Positions 27,417 through 37,253 of a stretch of DNA of 64,000 bases are shown here, one piece after another. The stretch comes from Minisyncoccota bacterium (lineage in GTDB: Bacteria; Patescibacteriota; Minisyncoccia; Phycocordibacterales; Phycocordibacteraceae). A program made the translations under genes and the position numbers. The notes beneath the pieces were generated by a model. That model saw only the letters and a program-made list of their open reading frames with translations, was not told the DNA's origin and searched no databases. Position 1 is the stretch's first letter; every line of letters begins with the position of its first letter. Where the stretch lies: positions 41,984 to 105,983 of the forward strand of contig DATKSU010000005.1 in assembly GCA_035531495.1 (NCBI GenBank), in the 5' to 3' direction.

Positions 27417-28070
27417 ATGGGCGCACGCAACTCACGCCTCACTCTGCTCCTACAGCTCGCGGGCACGCTCGTGATACTACTGTGTGTACCTGGTACGCTT
27501 TTGCAGACGCTGCTCCTCTTTATCCTGTGGGCTGGCACCTTCTACCCGCTCTCCCGTGCAGACGCGGTACTCTTTCTTACCGCATGCCTCTTTTACACGG
27601 TAGCTGACATCGCCGTGGTCCAACGAGGAGTGTTCCGTTTCAGCCATGCGGACTTCTTCGGCTTGCCGTATTACGAACCGTTTATGTGGGGCTTCTATTT
27701 CCTTCACGCGAAGAGGATGCTCGGTGGCGCTCTCCCTCGCCGGCTGTTGCCCGGCATCGTGCTTACCGTGACTGTGGCGGCTACCGCGACTCTCGTCTCA
27801 GACACCTTCGTTTCTGCCGTACTCATCGGCATCGAACTCGGCGTTGCGCTTTTCCTATTCCATACGAAAACCGATTTCCGCTACATTCTGTATCTCGCAG
27901 CCCTCGGCGTCATCGTAGAGGCGCTCGGCACAGCCACCGGGCAATGGTCGTACGGTGTCCCGTATTACGTCCTGTGGTGGGTAGTCACGTGGTCGGCATC
28001 TGGCCTCATCCTCTACCGGACCGGCCTGCCGCTTGCAGCGGCCATCGCCACTCGTTTCCGCACTACTTGA
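27417..28070 (+). CDS. polytopic membrane protein (DUF2878-like internal duplication)
   Basis: Multiple TM helices, G.F.F..LPYYEPFMWG and E.LG..TGQWSY halves; start from TACCAT 6 nt upstream. Confidence 0.6.
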   Translation: MGARNSRLTLLLQLAGTLVILLCVPGTLLQTLLLFILWAGTFYPLSRADAVLFLTACLFYTVADIAVVQRGVFRFSHADFFGLPYYEPFMWGFYFLHAKRMLGGALPRRLLPGIVLTVTVAATATLVSDTFVSAVLIGIELGVALFLFHTKTDFRYILYLAALGVIVEALGTATGQWSYGVPYYVLWWVVTWSASGLILYRTGLPLAAAIATRFRTT

Positions 28071-29649
28071 CTGCTTTGCCGTAGCGGCCGGGATTGAGGA
28101 TGCGGTTCGGATCGACGGCGTCTTTTATCTTTTCGGTAAGTTCAAAACATGGGCCCTCAGCATGGTCGTAGAGTTCGCGTATGGTATCTATATCAAGCCG
28201 GTCGGGGAATGTTCCGAGTTCCCTGGCGAATTGCAGCATGCGCTTAAACGCGCGGCGAGCTCGCTCGCATTCTTCGGCATCATCGCGATTGAATACGATA
28301 GGGATGTTCGATGCGAATGCCCGCTGCGAAATGGCGGTCAGCGTTATGAGTGGCTCAAGCTGCTCGGAGAGGAAGATGTCCGTGACGCCGCGCACGAACT
28401 CGCGCACGAGCGTTGCATCCACGGGGAGCACGGGGGTGTACCAGATGAGGCCGCTGCCGTCGCGGTCAGGATGTAGATGATGGGCGGGCATGGGATGCGG
28501 ATTCTTCAGGTAGGCGAGCGGCAGCGCCACCTCGCTCGGTATCCCTTCGAGCACGTCGAGCGCGTCCTGCATGCCTTCGAACGACTTCTTGAATCCGAAG
28601 TTCGGCATGAAGCGTAACACCTTCCCTACGAGCGCGGCGCGCGGCCTATTCATGAAGACCGAATGCAGCGCATACTTGAATTCACGATGAATCGAGCGTT
28701 TGACGCCGCGCTCGAGATCGCGCGGGCAGTAGATGCCAATCAGCACGACCCAGTCGGAGACGTGTCGGCGTTTCGAGAGTTCGAGCAAGTGCTTTTCTGG
28801 TATGACACCCTTGATGAGCCATTCATTCTTCGATTCAACCATCGAGAGCACTCGCCGCATATTCATGAGGTTCAGCCCGCCGATGAGTGAGCCGAGTCGC
28901 TCTTTCGTTTTTGCGATAGAACGCACCGCGTCTTCCATGTGCTGTTCATCGATGAATGCTACGAATTGGCTTATCCGTTCGGATTTCCGCACGAGCGCAA
29001 TCGTCGCCCGCGTGACAACGCCGATATTCCCCTGGGCGAACAGCCCGTCGAGATACGGGCCGACTTTCCATTTATAGACGGGGTCTGCTTTCACTCCCCC
29101 GAACGCGTGGAAAGCGGAACGGTACAATTCTCCGTTCGGGAGTACCGCCTCGAGACTCATCACTGCGCCGAAATGGTCGATGTCTGGCGTCACGCCGTAT
29201 CCTCGCTCAAGTGCATTCCCGATGATGCTGCAGGAGGGGCCGCCACCGGTCGTCGGCACCATGAATGGAAGGCTGTGCTCTTCGAAATAATCGAACAGAT
29301 CTTGCTGAGTGACGCCGGGCTCGAGAGTCACATACGCCAGCGCTTCATTGCACTCGATAACCCTTTTCATCCCCGACAGGTCGAGAATGACGCAGTTATC
29401 CGCCACAGGGAGCGAACTGCCGAACCCCCAATCATGTCCGGTCGAGAACGCGTGGAGTGGGATGCGATGCGTATTGGCGATGGCGACAATCTTCTGGACG
29501 TCCTCGGCGTTCTTCGGCCGTAGCGCTCCGGCGATGGAGCGTTTCGTACCGAGCGTATTAGCGTGGTACGCGGCAGTCGCTTCCTCCGCACTGAGTACTT
29601 CAAGCCCTGAGATCCCGCGCCATCCGACAAAGGCCTCTTCAAGCGGCAT
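28063..29649 (-). CDS. FAD-binding oxidoreductase, VAO/p-cresol methylhydroxylase family (FeeG/CndG-like)
   Basis: STGHDWGFGS, LDLSGM, EPGVTQ, GNALERGYG.TP, GP.LDGLF.Q.N.GVVT, DPNRILNPG; start from TACAAT 6 nt upstream. Confidence 0.85.
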   Translation of the reverse strand: MPLEEAFVGWRGISGLEVLSAEEATAAYHANTLGTKRSIAGALRPKNAEDVQKIVAIANTHRIPLHAFSTGHDWGFGSSLPVADNCVILDLSGMKRVIECNEALAYVTLEPGVTQQDLFDYFEEHSLPFMVPTTGGGPSCSIIGNALERGYGVTPDIDHFGAVMSLEAVLPNGELYRSAFHAFGGVKADPVYKWKVGPYLDGLFAQGNIGVVTRATIALVRKSERISQFVAFIDEQHMEDAVRSIAKTKERLGSLIGGLNLMNMRRVLSMVESKNEWLIKGVIPEKHLLELSKRRHVSDWVVLIGIYCPRDLERGVKRSIHREFKYALHSVFMNRPRAALVGKVLRFMPNFGFKKSFEGMQDALDVLEGIPSEVALPLAYLKNPHPMPAHHLHPDRDGSGLIWYTPVLPVDATLVREFVRGVTDIFLSEQLEPLITLTAISQRAFASNIPIVFNRDDAEECERARRAFKRMLQFARELGTFPDRLDIDTIRELYDHAEGPCFELTEKIKDAVDPNRILNPGRYGKAVK

Positions 29650-29745
29650 GGAGTAATTGTACCAAGCGCAAGCTGGCCCGAGCAGCTTGTACACACGGTT
29701 TTCAGGGAACTGTCAATCTATTACCATTCACAATTGACCATCGCT

Positions 29746-30387
29746 TCAGGGTTCCCGCCGGACGCCGTAACGGAGGATGACGAGGGTAGCGAGAGCGACT
29801 GCAAACGCTACGGCAGCGACGCGATACCAGAGAGGAAGGGCCCCCGTGTACGCGAAATAGAATCCGAACGGCGCGACGCCGATGGCGGTCGCGACGACGT
29901 AGGAACGCCACGGCATCGCGCTGAACAGCCCGAGCGCGTAGCTTAAGATGTCAACCGAGACGAGTATGCGCATGAGGACGACCATCCAGAAAAGATTCCG
30001 TTTCGGGATGCGGCTCTCGATTGCGCGAATGCGCTCAAGACCGATGAGCCGCGCGACGACCGGCTCGCCGAAACGGCGCGCTATAAGGAATGCGATTGCC
30101 GCGCCGAGCGTCCATCCGGCGATGCTCATGAGCGCCGTCGGCAGTGGTCCCCACGCGACCGCGCCGATGGGAATCAAGAGGGCGATGTCGAGCGGTATGA
30201 TGAATATGACAAAGACAGCCGTGAGGAGGATGTATGCAGCAACGCCGAGTATCCCGCCCTGCGTGACAAGGGTCGCGAGCGCCGCGTGATACCGCTCGGC
30301 CAGCACGGAAACCGCGATGAACGTGATCGCGAGCAAGAGAAGCGCGGCGATCTCCCCATGGAGCGTTCCTTTGGGAGGAATCTTCAT
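29746..30387 (-). CDS. VTT/DedA (TVP38/SNARE-associated) membrane protein
   Basis: GA.IAFLIAR.FG, R....D..SYALGL, Y...T.IG..P. Confidence 0.85.
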   Translation of the reverse strand: MKIPPKGTLHGEIAALLLLAITFIAVSVLAERYHAALATLVTQGGILGVAAYILLTAVFVIFIIPLDIALLIPIGAVAWGPLPTALMSIAGWTLGAAIAFLIARRFGEPVVARLIGLERIRAIESRIPKRNLFWMVVLMRILVSVDILSYALGLFSAMPWRSYVVATAIGVAPFGFYFAYTGALPLWYRVAAVAFAVALATLVILRYGVRREP

Positions 30388-30416
30388 GCGAATGAGTATA
30401 GCTTGAGCCTGATACC

Positions 30417-30446
30417 GCGAAAGGCGCCCTTTCGGGCGCCTTTCGC
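30417..30446. terminator. strong GC hairpin at the islet boundary
   Basis: GCGAAAGGCGCCC-TTTC-GGGCGCCTTTCGC (GAAA loop on the minus strand). Confidence 0.65.
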
Positions 30447-30699
30447 TACCGTGATGCCGAGCGGTACTGTACCGACTTTGACGAGGAACGGTACTGGTTC
30501 CCCCGAGCGGTACTGTACTGATCCCAATGGGGGCCGGAAGCAGTTCCTGGCTTCACAACCGTGTTGCCCATGTCGGTCGTGCACCCCACCATATAAGGTA
30601 TCTAAGGGTCTTCCCAGCTCCCTTCTCTCTCCTTGGAATAGGCGCACCGGACTCATACGATCTTGAGATAGATTGGGCGTACTTTGGTGCTTTCGAGGT

Positions 30700-30725
30700 G
30701 CTTTAGGAGCGTGTCGGTCTTGAAC
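30700..30725. repeat. 26-bp direct repeat, copy 1 (att-like)
   Basis: GCTTTAGGAGCGTGTCGGTCTTGAAC; 25/26 identical to 32157-32182. Confidence 0.8.
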
Positions 30726-30753
30726 CAAAATGAGACAAATGAGACACACCCCC

Positions 30754-31341
30754 TTAGAAAAAGCTCTCGGCCAAAACGTTGGAATCGAACTGAAGTGAAA
30801 GATCGCCTCGCGTCTTGCGGCCAGTCCAGTACTCACCCTCTAGGCGGCGATTCGGTCGCTTGATAATTTTTAGGATCGCCGCACCATCATGAATAGCACT
30901 CCTATCCCAAAGGGACGCCTTCGGACGATTCGTGTAGTTATAGGTCAGATACAGATCCTCGCCGTTAGCCGTTGCGTTTATGCTGGTGGTGGTACTGTAG
31001 CTAGTCGACTCTTTCGTCATGAGAGTGATATTTATGTCCGAGAAACTCTGACGAATCACCAGAATGACAGGGACCGGTGCGATCGATTGGCCAGTTTTCG
31101 GGTCGATCCAATCGCTCTTCAATTCGCCACGCCACGTTCCACGCAAGTCTGGAACCTTAATCGGCACACTGTTCCCTACTTGAGTATCGGAGGATGTGGT
31201 CGCGGTCACTGAGGTTGGCGACGATGTTGCAACAGCACTCGACGAATTCGACGATCCTGCGGACGCTACGAGTATGACCACCAGAAAGAATCCGCCAGCG
31301 ATCCAAAATATCTTACGTGAACTCCCGATCTTCGTTGTCAT
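30754..31341 (-). CDS. Cap15-like (SMODS-associated beta-barrel) domain behind a single signal/TM helix and Ser/Thr linker
   Basis: PDLRGTWRGELKS, IRQSF, ESTSYS, LTYNYTNRP, IHDGAA, LEGEYWTGRKTRG match the Cap15 beta-barrel pattern. Confidence 0.72.
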   Translation of the reverse strand: MTTKIGSSRKIFWIAGGFFLVVILVASAGSSNSSSAVATSSPTSVTATTSSDTQVGNSVPIKVPDLRGTWRGELKSDWIDPKTGQSIAPVPVILVIRQSFSDINITLMTKESTSYSTTTSINATANGEDLYLTYNYTNRPKASLWDRSAIHDGAAILKIIKRPNRRLEGEYWTGRKTRGDLSLQFDSNVLAESFF

Positions 31342-31344
31342 ACC

Positions 31345-31480
31345 GCGTCAGGGTTAGGGGTAAATCCTGATGGGCGGGTAGCACAAAACCCGCTACCAGG
31401 AAGGCCTTGCGGCCTCTATAGGAGTTTCCCCCTATAACGTAAGCCACGCCCTGATAACGGGTTTTCTGTGGCTTACGATT
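31345..31480 (-). ncRNA. structured cis-regulatory or antisense RNA candidate upstream of the Cap15-like gene
   Basis: 16-bp outer stem, GAAA- and GCAA-capped hairpins, mutually exclusive 10-bp stem. Confidence 0.5.
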
Positions 31481-31632
31481 GTCGACCATGCCCGGGGACG
31501 AATCCCGCAGGTTTAGGCCATTTCTATTCGTGTGTCGAACTTGTACATAATAGCTCGTTTTCAGCTATCCTTGTAGACCCTAGCTTAGATCTAAGGTTTT
31601 GCGAAATAGGTTACCAACAGCAAGACTTTGCC

Positions 31633-31782
31633 CTATTCAGGCATCTCTTTCGGTTCGTCCTCAACATCTCTTTGTATTTCTTCAAATTCATTCTCGATCT
31701 CTGAGAGCCGCTTCTTACATGCCCATTCTGAAGTTAGAGTTTCAAATTTCTCGAGATATTCTATTTTCTGCTTTTTATCCAT
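31633..31782 (-). CDS. small charged helical hypothetical protein (49 aa)
   Basis: Manual translation MDKKQKIEYLEKFETLTSEWACKKRLSEIENEFEEIQRDVEDEPKEMPE; starts 9 nt after the upstream stop. Confidence 0.45.
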   Translation of the reverse strand: MDKKQKIEYLEKFETLTSEWACKKRLSEIENEFEEIQRDVEDEPKEMPE

Positions 31783-31791
31783 AGTTATAGT

Positions 31792-31989
31792 CTAGCGAAA
31801 ATTATCACGCGGCCCGGATGGTCGGTGAAATATGTGAGCGTTATAATCCCGATCTAGTTTTAAATTTCCACATTCAGGACATGGGGTCTCTGAGATAAGA
31901 GTTCCTTTAGGAACTTCAATTTCATTCCGGAAGGAGCAATTCTCGCAGAGCACATATATCTTGTAGCTGGAGCCATTCTCATTATCCAT
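31792..31989 (-). CDS. small zinc-ribbon protein
   Basis: CENC...CPECG in 65 aa. Confidence 0.6.
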   Translation of the reverse strand: MDNENGSSYKIYVLCENCSFRNEIEVPKGTLISETPCPECGNLKLDRDYNAHIFHRPSGPRDNFR

Positions 31990-32156
31990 ACAACCATTAT
32001 CTCACTTATGACGTATAAGTGAAGCTGCTCTCTAAGTAATTCAATGTTAACCAATTTTACTGTAATTGCGACACGAACCATCCTCAAACGTGGGAATTGA
32101 ACTGAAAATATGGTGCATATGCTAGAAACGCAAAAACCACTTTCGTGGTTTTATGC

Positions 32157-32182
32157 GCTTTAGGACCGTGTCGGTCTTGAAC
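32157..32182. repeat. 26-bp direct repeat, copy 2 (att-like)
   Basis: GCTTTAGGACCGTGTCGGTCTTGAAC, about 55 nt beyond the tRNA-fMet 3' end. Confidence 0.8.
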
Positions 32183-32237
32183 TGAATTTCGGCATTTTTG
32201 ATGCCGGGCGGTCTGATTAACAGGCCGCACTACCGTG

Positions 32238-32308
32238 TTGCGGGGGCGGGAATCGAACCCGCGTCTGGAGGTTATGAGCCTCCCGAGGTACCTCTCCTCT
32301 ACCCCGCT
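32238..32308 (-). tRNA. initiator tRNA-fMet (CAT)
   Basis: Unpaired 1:72 (A/A), A11-U24 pair, GGAGG-CTCATAA-CCTCC anticodon arm, GTTCGATT T-loop. Confidence 0.9.
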
Positions 32309-32408
32309 ATATAATTTTCTAGCCCATCCGGAGCGCTTTCGCATTCGCTCTCCCGCGCGGTCGCCCGCTCGTATAGGACACTATACCGTTCCCGCGCGCG
32401 CGCGCAAG

Positions 32409-32963
32409 CTAGAGATAACTGAACTCGCGGAAGACGCTCTCGTAGCGCGCGATGGTGCGGCGCGCGAGCGTCTCCGATAAATCGAACGCTGAACCCTCGT
32501 GCGCGATTTGGTTGCGCACCTTATGCGCTTCCCACGCGTCCTGGAGCGTATCGAAATCGGACGGCTCCACCTGCCGCAGTTTCTCGCCGATGCCTTCGCC
32601 ACGGTACCCTTGCTCGCTCAGCATGTCGTCGAGCATGATGTCGGCCTCCGTGATGGCCTCGCGCCACGAACTCGGGCTGCCGGCCTCCATCAGGGATTCG
32701 ATATGCTCCCAGCGGCGGTTGGCGACGGCGGATTCGGGCGCCGCGACGAGCGTGCCGTAGAACTCGTCTTCGCGCTTCCTCAAGTCGAAGAGACGGAAGA
32801 GCGTATAGATGATGACGAAGAGCGCGATGACGGAGAGCGCATAGCCGACGCCGATGATCCAGAGCCACACCTTCGCGAGAAGCGCGCCGAACGTCGCGCC
32901 GCTCGCCGCGCTGTTGCCATGCACGAGGTTATTGAAGAAAGCGGAGAACGAGCCGCCGGTCAT
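32409..32963 (-). CDS. hypothetical single-TM protein
   Basis: TM helix then WREAITEADIMLD..G..GE.L..AWEAHKVRNQIAHEG. Confidence 0.75.
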   Translation of the reverse strand: MTGGSFSAFFNNLVHGNSAASGATFGALLAKVWLWIIGVGYALSVIALFVIIYTLFRLFDLRKREDEFYGTLVAAPESAVANRRWEHIESLMEAGSPSSWREAITEADIMLDDMLSEQGYRGEGIGEKLRQVEPSDFDTLQDAWEAHKVRNQIAHEGSAFDLSETLARRTIARYESVFREFSYL

Positions 32964-32987
32964 TCCTTCCAGTATAAACGAAATGCG

Positions 32988-34424
32988 CTACGTGCCGGCG
33001 AGCTTCTCCACTTCCGTACCCGCAGCGAAGAGGACGGGCTCCGCGCCGTGCGGAGCCGTGAAATGCATGCCGACCGGCAGGTCCTTCCCGCCTTTGGCGA
33101 CCGTGCCCATCGGCACGGAGAGCGCTGGCATGCCGGTGAGGTTCGCCGTCACCGTGAAGATGTCTTCGAGATACATCGAGAGCGGGTCGCTCTTCTCGCC
33201 GAACTTGAAGGCCGGTGACGTCGTCGTCGGGAAGGCGATGACGTCGCAGCGCTCGAAGGCGCGGTCGTACTCCGCGCGCAGCACGGCACGCGATGCATCG
33301 GCCTTGCGATAGTACGCGTCGATGTAGCCGGAGGAGAGGACGAAGGTGCCGAGCAGGATGCGCCGGCGCGTCTCCGGGCCGAACCCCTCCGTGCGCGACT
33401 GCACATAATCGTCGAGGAGCGTCTTCCCGCGCGTGGCGTGCCCGTAGCGCATACCGTCGAGGCGCGCGAGATTCGTCGAAACCTCGGCGGGCATGATGAC
33501 GTAGTACGCGGCGAGCGCGTGCGAGCTCGCCGGCAGATCGATGCCGATGACTGTGTGCCCTGCCTTCTTAAGCGCGTCGAGCGTCGCGTCGAAAACGGCT
33601 TTGAGATCCGGGTCGACGCCGCTTGCGAGGAGCTTCATCGGGACGCCGATGCGCAGCTTCTTCGGCACCGGGCGCGCCGGGTAGAGGCCGTCCGGAATCG
33701 TCGTCGAGTCGAGCGGATCGACTCCGCGGATGGCGTCGAAGAGGATGCGTGCGTCCTCGACTGATTTCGCCAAGGGGCCTATCTGATCGAGCGAGGAGCC
33801 CATAGCGATGAGGCCCGAGCGCGAGACGGCGCCGTAGGTAGGCTTCAAACCGACGAGACCCGTGAGCGCCGCCGGCTGGCGGATGGAGCCGCCCGTGTCG
33901 CTTCCGAGCGCGGCGATAGCCATGTCAGCGGCGACTGCGGCGGCCGAGCCGCCTGAAGAGCCGCCCGGCACGCGCGACGGGTCGCGCGGATTCCTCGTCA
34001 CGCCGAAGGCCGAGTGCTCGGTCGAGGAACCCATCGCGAACTCGTCCATGTTCGTGCGACCGAGGAAGAGCGCGCCGGCATCTTTGAGCTTCTTTATGAC
34101 AGTCGAATCGTACGTCGCGCGGTAGTTCTCGAGCATCTTCGACGCGGCGCTCGCGAGCTTCTCGTCTATCAATATATTGTCTTTCACGGCGAGCGGGATG
34201 CCGCAGAGGAGCGGCGCCCGCTCCCCTTCCGTATCGATACGCTTTTGCGCCGCGCCGATCGCCGCGGCGTCGGCGTCGAAGAGCTCGAGGTAGGCGTTCA
34301 GCTCCTCGTTCTTCGCGCGCGCCGCGGCGGCGCAGGCGTCCCACAGCTCGCGCACAGTGCACTCCCTGGCGCGGAGCGCCTGCGCCGCTTCAGCGATGCT
34401 GAGTTCGTTCAGCGCCTTATTCAT
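32988..34424 (-). CDS. gatA: Asp/Glu-tRNA amidotransferase subunit A
   Basis: KDNI, TNMDEFAMGSS, PGGSSGGS, GSDTGGSIRQPA, RRILLGTFVLSSGY. Confidence 0.97.
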   Translation of the reverse strand: MNKALNELSIAEAAQALRARECTVRELWDACAAAARAKNEELNAYLELFDADAAAIGAAQKRIDTEGERAPLLCGIPLAVKDNILIDEKLASAASKMLENYRATYDSTVIKKLKDAGALFLGRTNMDEFAMGSSTEHSAFGVTRNPRDPSRVPGGSSGGSAAAVAADMAIAALGSDTGGSIRQPAALTGLVGLKPTYGAVSRSGLIAMGSSLDQIGPLAKSVEDARILFDAIRGVDPLDSTTIPDGLYPARPVPKKLRIGVPMKLLASGVDPDLKAVFDATLDALKKAGHTVIGIDLPASSHALAAYYVIMPAEVSTNLARLDGMRYGHATRGKTLLDDYVQSRTEGFGPETRRRILLGTFVLSSGYIDAYYRKADASRAVLRAEYDRAFERCDVIAFPTTTSPAFKFGEKSDPLSMYLEDIFTVTANLTGMPALSVPMGTVAKGGKDLPVGMHFTAPHGAEPVLFAAGTEVEKLAGT

Positions 34425-34707
34425 GCGTGATGATCTGCTTTACGGAAAGCGCATCGCCCTCGCGCGCCGGGAACTGCGCGGCGAGCTTCTCCGTATAGAG
34501 ACCCGGCGCATGCGGTTCGCCGTCCGCGCGCATCACGTTGCGCATCGCGGGCTTTACCGCGCCCGCCTCCGGCAGCTCGAGCTTCTCGAGCTGCCCCACG
34601 TACGCGAGGATGGCGTCGAATTCCTTCGTAAACGCCGCGAGATCCTCGTCGGCGATAGCGATGCGCGCGAGCGCCGCGAGCTTCTTCACCTCTTCGGTCG
34701 TAGCCAT
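34417..34707 (-). CDS. gatC: Asp/Glu-tRNA amidotransferase subunit C
   Basis: EVKKLAALARI, ILAYVGQL, NVMRAD; directly upstream of gatA. Confidence 0.93.
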   Translation of the reverse strand: MATTEEVKKLAALARIAIADEDLAAFTKEFDAILAYVGQLEKLELPEAGAVKPAMRNVMRADGEPHAPGLYTEKLAAQFPAREGDALSVKQIITHE

Positions 34708-34719
34708 GGCCGCACTGTA

Positions 34720-36726
<2,007 letters not shown>

Positions 36727-36740
36727 CTATAGCAGGCCCT

Positions 36741-37253
36741 CTAATAATGGGCGTAGATACCGCGCGAGGAGAAACGCGCGCCGTTCGGGTTCGCGACCGT
36801 CGCGCAGGAGACGTTATACCCTTGAGAGAAGAGGTAGGTCGGGCCGGTCCCATTCTGCTTGTAGACCGTGACGTCCGCGCAGTGCTGGCCGGAATCGAGC
36901 GAGAGCCGCTCCGCGACGACCCATTGGGACGATGTGTACGAAACGATGCCTGTGGGAACGTCCGGCGGGTAGGAGGCGCTTCGACCGTCGCACGCCATGA
37001 GGGGTGCAGACGCCGGCTGAGGCCATGGGTACGCGAACGAATTCAGCTGCTGGTCGGCGTAGAGCACGCACTCGAGTCCTGCGTCGGCAGCGTAGAACGC
37101 GTCCTGCGACGCGAGGGCGGTCGACGAGAGGACGATCTGCTTGTAGCCGAGCGCGCCGAGTTCGAGGCCGAAGGCGAGCATCACGGACATGAAGATGACC
37201 GCGACGAGAAGCGCTATGCCGCGCTTATGCGGACGGCGGGGAGTCATTGCCAT
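36741..37253 (-). CDS. PilX-like minor pilin
   Basis: RGIALL cleavage site, AFYAADAGLEC. Confidence 0.75.
   Translation of the reverse strand: MAMTPRRPHKRGIALLVAVIFMSVMLAFGLELGALGYKQIVLSSTALASQDAFYAADAGLECVLYADQQLNSFAYPWPQPASAPLMACDGRSASYPPDVPTGIVSYTSSQWVVAERLSLDSGQHCADVTVYKQNGTGPTYLFSQGYNVSCATVANPNGARFSSRGIYAHY

Noticed and set aside
30457-30518. Possible mini CRISPR array
   Set aside because: Only two 16-bp copies plus a partial, with no cas genes in the window.
31385-31440. Possible c-di-GMP-I (GEMM) riboswitch (GAAA loop, GCAA-GCC, GGUAGCGGG)
   Set aside because: Lacks the GGCAAA 5' element and the tetraloop-receptor stem; kept only as an unclassified structured RNA.
30400-32237. Intact prophage or complete CBASS operon
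   Set aside because: No integrase, structural genes or CD-NTase visible; only a small islet.
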